Shown: piece after piece, positions 55,980 to 64,000 of the stretch
Layout of the letters: each line of letters opens with the position of its first letter
How positions within the stretch are numbered: position 1 is the first letter of the stretch
From: Eledone cirrhosa
Lineage: Eukaryota
Assembly: GCA_964016885.1 (NCBI GenBank)
Contig: OZ024742.1
Span: forward strand, 68,882,001-68,946,000
Length of the DNA: 64,000 nucleotides
Direction of reading: 5' to 3'
The notes under the pieces: model-generated
What the model was told of the DNA's origin: nothing
Databases searched by the model: none
The model's input: the letters and a program-made list of their open reading frames with translations, nothing else
Program-made: the position numbers and the translations under genes

Positions 55980-56800
55980 GTCAGCGGCCATCGTTTTGCC
56001 TCTGACCATCTATAAAATGTGCAATGATAAGTTCTATCGTAGTCTAAAAGTTGAACCAAATAAATTGATTTATGTGTGAGGTGGAGCCGAAGTTTCGAAT
56101 TTGAACGAAATCGGTTGAAAAATGTGGGAGCTGATGAAAAGTCGCCGTCCCTGAACAAAAAAATGCTAAGTGTAAAGCTACTATAAGATGTGCAATGATA
56201 GGTTCTATCGTAGTATAAAGGTTGAACCAAATAAATTGATTTATGTGTGAGGTGGAGCCGAAGTTTCGAATTTGAACGAAATCGCTTGAAAAATGTGGGA
56301 AGTAGAGCCGAAAAGGCGGGAATTTGAGCGAAAAGGTGGTATTTTCGAATATTTAAGCGGCTGCCACGCCGTTCCTGAACAAAAAATCCAAAATCTAAAG
56401 CCACTTTAAGACGTGAAATAATCAGATCTAGCGTAGTGTAAAATTTGAACAAAGTAGGTTGATTAATGTGGGAGCTAGAGCCGAAAAAGTGGAAATTTGA
56501 GTCTAAAAGTGGTATTTTTGAATATTTAAGCGGCTGTCACACCGTCCCTGAACAACAAATGCAAAATATAAAGCGATTACAGGAGGATGTGCAATGATAA
56601 ATTCAATTTTGCTTTAAAATTTGAACCAAATAGGTTGCAAAATGTGGGAGATAGAGCCAAAAATCTTATTTTTATCTGTAGAATGACCCGGAATAAAAAC
56701 GATACGCTGATATATAGAAAACACTCCCCGATGACTAATCTATGAGGCTGTAAAGTTTCATGAAAATCGGTCGTAAGATGTAGGCCCCGATAGGTAATAC
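55980..56800. repeat. Unclassified non-coding repeat built from internal ~100-150-bp duplications
   Basis: atgtgcaatgata..gttgaaccaaata..aaaatgtggga recurs at ~56015, ~56188, ~56587; gaatatttaagcggctg at ~56347 and ~56520. Confidence 0.55.
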
Positions 56801-56840
56801 ACACACACACACACATACATACTTAATTTTATATATATAC

Positions 56841-56976
<136 letters not shown>

Positions 56977-57314
56977 ATAGTCGATCGACTTTCGTGAAAC
57001 CGAGGAAACAATGTTTCCGTTCGTCTTTCCAATTGCTAATACTATCTATCGGTCGCAACTCCAGGTAGAAGGAGCAACGTGAAATAAAGCTCAAGGACAT
57101 AACGCATCACCCTATCCGGGAATCGAACTCACAATCTCACGATTACGAATCCAGTTCTCAAGCACGCGTATATATATATATATATACACACAGACACACA
57201 GACACATATTCAAAACTAACGCCGTCAGTAATGGTTTCTGATATTGGCACAAGGCCAACAATTTTGGAGAAGGGCAAAGTCGATTAAATCAACCCTTGTG
57301 CGTTACTGGTACTT

Positions 57315-57414
<100 letters not shown>

Positions 57415-57640
57415 TTATTTAGGTTTGTTGGTTCACTACTGAATAGAACTGGTCATTCCGTATGGTCAACCTCGATGTAATATTATGGAGAGCACTCAAC
57501 GTAATGCAGCTCACCTGTCTTCGTTTGTGTACTTGGGGGCGGCCGACCGAGGTAGAAGCTGCTAAGTGCTCGGTCGCGCTCATGTCTCTGATTTTCAGCC
57601 CCATGGATTTTGTCTATTATATTCCTTTATTATATTTTGA

Positions 57641-57688
57641 ATACCTGATGATGTCACCGGATTCATACTGAACCCGGTCATTGAAATG

Positions 57689-57697
<9 letters not shown>
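57641..57697 (+). ncRNA. Hammerhead ribozyme ending at its cleavage site in (TA)n
   Basis: CTGATGA-tgtcaccgg-attcatactgaa-cccggtcatt-GAAA-tgatca-TA followed directly by (TA)n. Confidence 0.7.
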
Positions 57698-57723
<26 letters not shown>

Positions 57724-57983
57724 GGAAACAATGAAATTTCATTTCTCACTCTTAGTACGGCTGATACTTAAATATAAGTATGTATGCGTACAAACATATT
57801 GTATACAGACGTACAGTAGTATGTATATACATACATACATGCACACATATATATATGTACGTCTGGATTTACCGAACATTTATTATAATGCTCGGTTTGT
57901 TTTTAAACAAACAGCTCGAATTATTAGCCGTACAGTGTTCGGCAACCATCGTTGCCCCTTTGTTCAACACTGACAAAGGAACG

Positions 57984-58020
57984 ATGAACTAGTTTCTAGC
58001 TTATTAGCTGTCATCAGCAC
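57984..58020 (-). ncRNA. Minimal type I hammerhead, left arm of an inverted repeat
   Basis: Reverse complement of 58144-58180. Confidence 0.8.
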
Positions 58021-58143
58021 CGTATACCTTCCTGTCAGTTGATTGAATATTTGAAAGTATATACTTTTTCTTATGCATATTAATGGCTGAGCATTTATAT
58101 GAAATACTTTCAAATGTTCAATCAACTGACAGGAAGGTATACA

Positions 58144-58180
58144 GTGCTGATGACAGCTAATAAGCTAGAAACTAGTTCAT
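58144..58180 (+). ncRNA. Minimal type I hammerhead, right arm of an inverted repeat
   Basis: gtg-CTGATGA-c-agct-aata-agct-a-GAAA-ctag-TT-cat. Confidence 0.8.
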
Positions 58181-58249
58181 CGTTCGTTAGGGGGATTAAA
58201 CCGGAAGTTTCCACAGCTACGGGTTCAACCACTAACCTATCAGTGATCG

Positions 58250-59100
58250 GCCGATACTTGGGTAGTATGCACTCTTCGGCCTGGCGAATGCATCAGGTTG
58301 CCACAAGAGAAGGCGTCACAGCATGTAGCATCCCAGATGAAGGGCCTACTCCCGCAGAACGGGAAGATTGTCATGCTGTCATGCCCTTTGCCGTCCTCTT
58401 GGTCCAGGCCCGCTGCTCGAGCTGGAAAGGGAAGCCTGCGCCGTGCAGGTCATGCTATATGATATCGCTGAGAGCAGCATGGCGTGGGAGGCGTCCAGCA
58501 CTGTGACGGCATGACAATGGGTGGAGACCTAAAGAATCCACAGTGGTGCCGCAGCGGCATTTGTGAGGATCCCAAACGCGGAGGCCGAACCTCAGGGAAA
58601 CATCGATGCGCAAGCAGTCGCTGTCCAGCTGAGTGCCAGTCGCAGGTGATGGATCTGCGAGTGTACCAAGCACCACTGTGGGTTTCGAAGGCCGAGCGGA
58701 AACATGCCAGACGGTGCTGGTCAAGCCGGCACACCACTCCGTCTAAAATAATGTTGCAAAGGATGGTGTCCCATTTGTTTTGAGGGAGGGAGAGGGAGTT
58801 GGACGTTCACAGGGCGGAGGTTGAGTTGGTCCTATGTCGTGTAGGCTGCATCGCATTCCCCGATCACAGTAAGTTCAATTGTGTTGTGGAGAACGCTGTT
58901 GATGCGGATACGGCAAGAGGTCACCATCGAAAGGGAAGCAGACAGGGCCAGTGAGACAGGAGACCGGAGGACGAGGCCGCTATATTTGACGGGTATGGTG
59001 TCTTCAAACCAGACGTTGCATGTGTCCTCAGCAGCCCGTCGGATGCAGACGTCGAGTCTGTGAGGAGAGATTCTTGGCTGTAGTAGCGGGCACTGCGGAA
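58250..59100 (-). mobile_element. CRE-clade RLE non-LTR retrotransposon fragment
   Basis: [25 protein letters not shown]; DGKGHDSMTIFPF..FIWDATCCD. Confidence 0.78.
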
Positions 59101-59272
59101 GTTGTATAAGAGCATTTTTATATGAAGATCTAAAATATTTGAAAATATTTGAAAATGAAAGATAACATACATGATAGATTAAACATGCATACACACATAC
59201 ATATAAACACACATGCAAATATACGTCAAAACGTCCATCAAATGTAAACATAATCTGCTTGATATATTTAGA

Positions 59273-59441
59273 GGGTAGAGGGTCGGACGCCATGCTTTCC
59301 AGCATAGTTACGTCCCTTTACGGTCTGAGTTCAAATCCCGCCGAGGTTAACTTTGCCTTTCATCCTTACGGGGTCGATAAAATAAAGTACCAGTAATGCA
59401 CTGGGTAATTGCTGGCCTTGTGCCTAAAGTAGAAACAATTA
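59273..59441 (+). mobile_element. tRNA-derived SINE
   Basis: Near-identical to 20727-20908; further partial copies at ~27469-27620 (-) and ~50194-50325 (+). Confidence 0.88.
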
Positions 59442-59966
59442 TGTACAGTTATAGAGGACAACTTCCTAACATATATAACCATGATTTTGAAATTCTGTGA
59501 AAAAGATAATATTTAGTAACCACTACTTTGAAACGTAAATCTTATTATGATAGATTAAACATTTACATTTCTACACATAATTACTGGTGCAGTTGGTTCT
59601 GTTATTAATGATTAAATGATAATCTCTCAAAGTCAGAGTTTTAACTTAAACAAAGCAGTCAGTTAACAAGTAGTTTGCAAATACAACCAGCAAGCGGAGC
59701 AGTGAAAATACGCAAGATATGTAAACCTTTAATGTTGCGGTTAGCTAAATTACAGCGTCGGGGTGTAGGAGCATTATATACCAACTCCTCATTTGTAGCA
59801 AATAATATATACATATATATCTTACTTAAAATCTGTGGCAACTAAACACGTATTCGTAGGTACTCAGAGTTCCATGATGGTAGCTGATTGATCACAGTAG
59901 ATTATCTTCAACATTTATATATACTTTCGGGGTCTTGAATACATATAAACACACACACACGTCCAT

Positions 59967-60086
<120 letters not shown>

Positions 60087-61853
60087 ACTTACACACACAC
60101 ACACGAACTTACACACACACACATATATATGCATGTAAATGGGTAAGTTTTAGATGCCACTACAATGCAAAAGAGACAGTGAATATTGAAGAAACAAACT
60201 GGATAGGGTGGAAGGAGAAAGGGACAAAGAGAAACTGTTAAAGTGATGAAAAAATGAGAGCGTCTGGCTGTTACCTTTTGCAATATCTATCAATCCCGAC
60301 ATATTCCGGATAAAATATTCATTTTCAAGGGAGTTGTTAAGGAACTTAGGTGAGTAGTGTTAGACTTCCGTATCGCTTATGTTCGCACCAGACAAATAGA
60401 CTGTTTTGTTTTTTGAAATATGACATTGATACAAATTCTAAATCATCATTTGTTGGTGAAAGGAAGTGCACTAGACTTGCAAAATATACAAATATTGATA
60501 AGGAAATGCCGAAAGGTTATATCCACCAACAATCCGGCGATAAAAACATTTATGGTGTAGAAATTCAAAATGTGTTCAAGTTAGCTATGCATATGAGCAT
60601 GAAAAGCTAGAGACGGATGATTAAGGTGATTTAGAAGTCGCCGTCAATTACTCCGGCGAACCACGAAGAGCACCAATCGACATACACCAGCTTGTAAACG
60701 ACAATGATAATAATTATTATCAGAGACCAGTTTTACCTTTTTTCCACCTGAGGTCGATAAGAGAAAGTTCTAGTCAAGAATTGGGTTCGATTTAATAGAC
60801 TGTTCCCTCAACAACAAAATGTTGGCCTTGCGCCTAAATTAGAAACTGATATTATTAATTAAGCAATCTTTTTATTCGTGCTTTCATTGAACAATCGAGA
60901 ACAGCATTGTGTGCCATAATTACGAGCAGAGCTGATGATGGACACCGATCCAACGAGATCAAGGCTGCCGAGAGAGCAGCGGAAGCCGCAGGAGATATAA
61001 CGCTCCACAAGTACCATAGGCGTACATTGAGATACATTGATTCCATGGACGAGAGTCTTTTACAAAAATGAGATCGCAGTTTCCAGGCTTCTCCTCTCCT
61101 GGTAACGTCTACAGAAATGCATGTAATGTCATTGCTTTGTCCACAATGATTATGACCATATTTTGTTAATCATTCACAAAACGGAGATCAATTTCATCCC
61201 AACATTCCCGAAAGATGCCTGATAATTTTACGATTGTTTAATGTAATTAAGTTGACCACCTCCGTTACAATGTGACGCCTGAGCATGGATAAGATCTAAG
61301 AAGTCTGTAATCAAATGAAGATAAGGACTACACAGTAGCACAATGCCATGGCTTTATGCAAAATCACTAAAAACAGCGTAAATATTAGGTCGTTGATCAA
61401 AGATTATATTGGCTTGACTTTGGAGTAACGCTGAATTAAACACGCTACATTCATCACAGCAAACGAACATAAGTCTACACATCACACACAGTGTGTTCTT
61501 ACAACACAGGTTTACTATCTCGAGTATTTCTATATCATCGCGTTCTATTGCTAAATAGAATTTGAATATATACTGGATCAATGCATCTTTTGACAGGCCT
61601 TGTATTATCTGGGCAGGTTTTATACAAATATCTTCATCAAGTTAGCCGGGTGGTGGTGATTGTGGATGTTTGTTTAGTTGTCAACTAGTCGAGCATGTAA
61701 CATGCTACCTGTATCACTCACGTTTGTTACACATACATAGATATATACTGTGATAAGCAGGCTAAATTCCAGAGTAACAAGACTCACCTTTTAGCCTTAA
61801 TATAAATTAATATTAAAACTCTACTTCGGTATTAAGCCGTCAACCGCATATGG

Positions 61854-61934
<81 letters not shown>

Positions 61935-61940
<6 letters not shown>

Positions 61941-63352
61941 TAACCGCCAATAGTTTCAAGCAGCGTATTTACATGCATAGCCATTCTTTTCGTTACCCTC
62001 TAAGAAGGAATATGACGTCACTTTCAGCTTATATCTGGAGTCTAAAAGACAACCACACCCAATATAAGTTACACTGGGAGATCCTAGCTAGGGCTAGATC
62101 GTATAACGGAAATAAAAGACCTTGTGACCTCTGCGCCGCTGAGGCCCTGGAAATACTCTACGCCACAGACCACATCTTAAACAAAAAATCTGAGGCAATT
62201 TCGGCTTGTAAACATAAATTGCACAAAACTTTCCTGTATTACAGCCCCACGTTATACCCTAACGGATAGCACGATCTATACGTGGATATTTTACATCTTG
62301 ATGTGGGAGTTAAGTATATGTTTTGTTTATTCCTTTACTTATTTGCATAGGTAAGTATATATTACCCGTATGTTTTGTGAAGGTATGTATACCTTCTCGT
62401 ACGTATATTTGACTGGTATGGCGTATAATTTTTACATATTCTGGTATTTAGGGTTTGGCTATGTGTATACGGGAGTTTTGCGTCTGCGTGAGTATGCAGG
62501 TTCGTACGTATGGTGGGTGTGTGTATATGAGTACTTCTTGTTTTAGTTGACTTACGTCTCCGAACATTCGTGTATTTATATGTAGGTATGTGTGTGCACT
62601 TGTTATATACGTATTTATTTACTTATATACGTTTATATAATTATTTATTTATTTGTACACAAGCATACACACACACATATTTATATGTGCCGGGTTTGTT
62701 TACCTATGGTAAGGTTTTGCGTATGCTTGTGTATGTACGTATCTGTTTGCGTGTATGTATTTATTTGTTTCTATTACTTCTGTATTGTATTTATTTACTT
62801 TGTTCTTAACTCTGTAGCGGAGATTCATTTGGTCTCCTAGTTAGAATTTTAGTCTACGACTTCTGCTATACCATTTACGTGGTTTTGTCTTTGCGTGCTA
62901 TTGTTCTCCACGCTCCACATATGACTTATTATCTTCGTTTTTTCGTTCATTGCCAGAGAACGTCTCTATGCACCACCTAAGAGAACATTAGTCTACGACC
63001 TCTTTTATACCATAAACGTGGTTCTGTCTTTGCGCGTAATGGTTTTTCACCGCTCCTATTAATGACGTATTATTCGTTTTTTCCCGTTCTTTGCCAGCGA
63101 ACGTTTCCACGAACCAAAGTATCGTCTTCCTGTCTTCCTCCGGTTGCAACGTTTTTTGAAATATCCAGTTCTGCGTTTACAGATTGACTTTGTTAGTTTC
63201 AGAAGATCCCGTTAAGGGTGAAAGCAGCGATTCTTTGCTTAAACTTTAATCTGTTATTTTAATAAATATTTGCTCTACGGTTCTTATATATTTGATATAT
63301 ATTTATCCTTATCGAACCCTCTTTGGATTTTAGTCTTCAAATTTATTATTAT

Positions 63353-63355
<3 letters not shown>
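61935..63355 (+). mobile_element. Penelope-like 3' fragment (GIY-YIG, long 3' region, terminal hammerhead variant) in (TA)n
   Basis: IGLTANSFKQRIYMH..LSAYIWSLK..CDLCAAE..CKH; (TA)n on both sides. Confidence 0.82.
63195..63245 (+). ncRNA. Hammerhead variant (U4A)
   Basis: agttt-CAGAAGA-tccc-gttaa-ggg-t-GAAA-gca..tgc-TT-aaact. Confidence 0.62.
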
Positions 63356-63431
<76 letters not shown>

Positions 63432-63739
63432 CTGGTGAAGAATGCGATGGAAAATAATAAGTATCTATTTACTATATTCAAATGAATATTATAGATAAAG
63501 ACAGAGAGCATGTTAGATAGGTAGATAGATGGATAATTCATATGTGCATGCGTGTGAGTATTTATTTTCTATAGAAATAGAAGCATCACCGTAACATTAA
63601 TTACATAATATAGTCTAATAATAGGGCTTATGAACCCACTGAACGGAAAAAGGGAAAAAAATGGGTATCAGCACACATGGGAGTCGAACACACACCTCTT
63701 ATTTGCCGGACGAATACGCTACCATATATGCTTATATGC

Positions 63740-63827
<88 letters not shown>

Positions 63828-63898
63828 CTGAGTGTGTGCGTGTGTGTGTGTGTGTCTGTGTGTCTGTGTGTGTGTGTCTGTGTTTGTATATATATATA

Positions 63899-64000
63899 CA
63901 GGGTGGACCAAAAGTCGTGATACATAGGAAAAATAATTATGTTTTTATTAGAACAGAACACGTTAAAAAATAGATAAATATGGAAACTTAAAAATGTAAT
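63899..64000 (+). mobile_element. Probable Tc1/mariner terminal inverted repeat start, cut by the window edge
   Basis: TA followed by cagggtggaccaaaagtc; partner end not in window. Confidence 0.4.

Noticed and set aside
63675-63725. tRNA gene on the minus strand (also the SINE heads)
   Set aside because: Only B-box and T-arm remnants without a full cloverleaf; SINE-derived

Overview
AT-rich, microsatellite-laden animal genomic DNA. The SINE and repeat complement suggests a coleoid cephalopod such as Octopus (inference). The only host gene I can support is a minus-strand, multi-exon type-B carboxylesterase/cholinesterase-family gene. It has nine reconstructed exons plus one candidate between 27014 and 50762, an intact Ser-Glu-His triad and a C-terminal TM helix; its 5' exons were not found. 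The rest is mobile DNA: an intact two-ORF Tx1/L1 retrotransposon inserted in an (ATT)n tract, several R4/Dong RLE elements in (TAA)n, Naiad-type Penelope-like elements in (TA)n, fragments of RTE, CRE, Ingi/Vingi-like, Helitron, Tigger and mariner elements, and many tRNA-derived SINEs. The most striking signal is not in the ORF track. About 11 canonical and about 8 core-variant type I hammerhead ribozyme motifs, found by eye, mostly sit near the ends of (TA)n-flanked elements. Several form back-to-back pairs inside fold-back palindromes, some have very long helix II, some carry a U3:A8 core swap, and several lie in sense orientation inside the esterase introns. All folds were assigned manually and none was tested.
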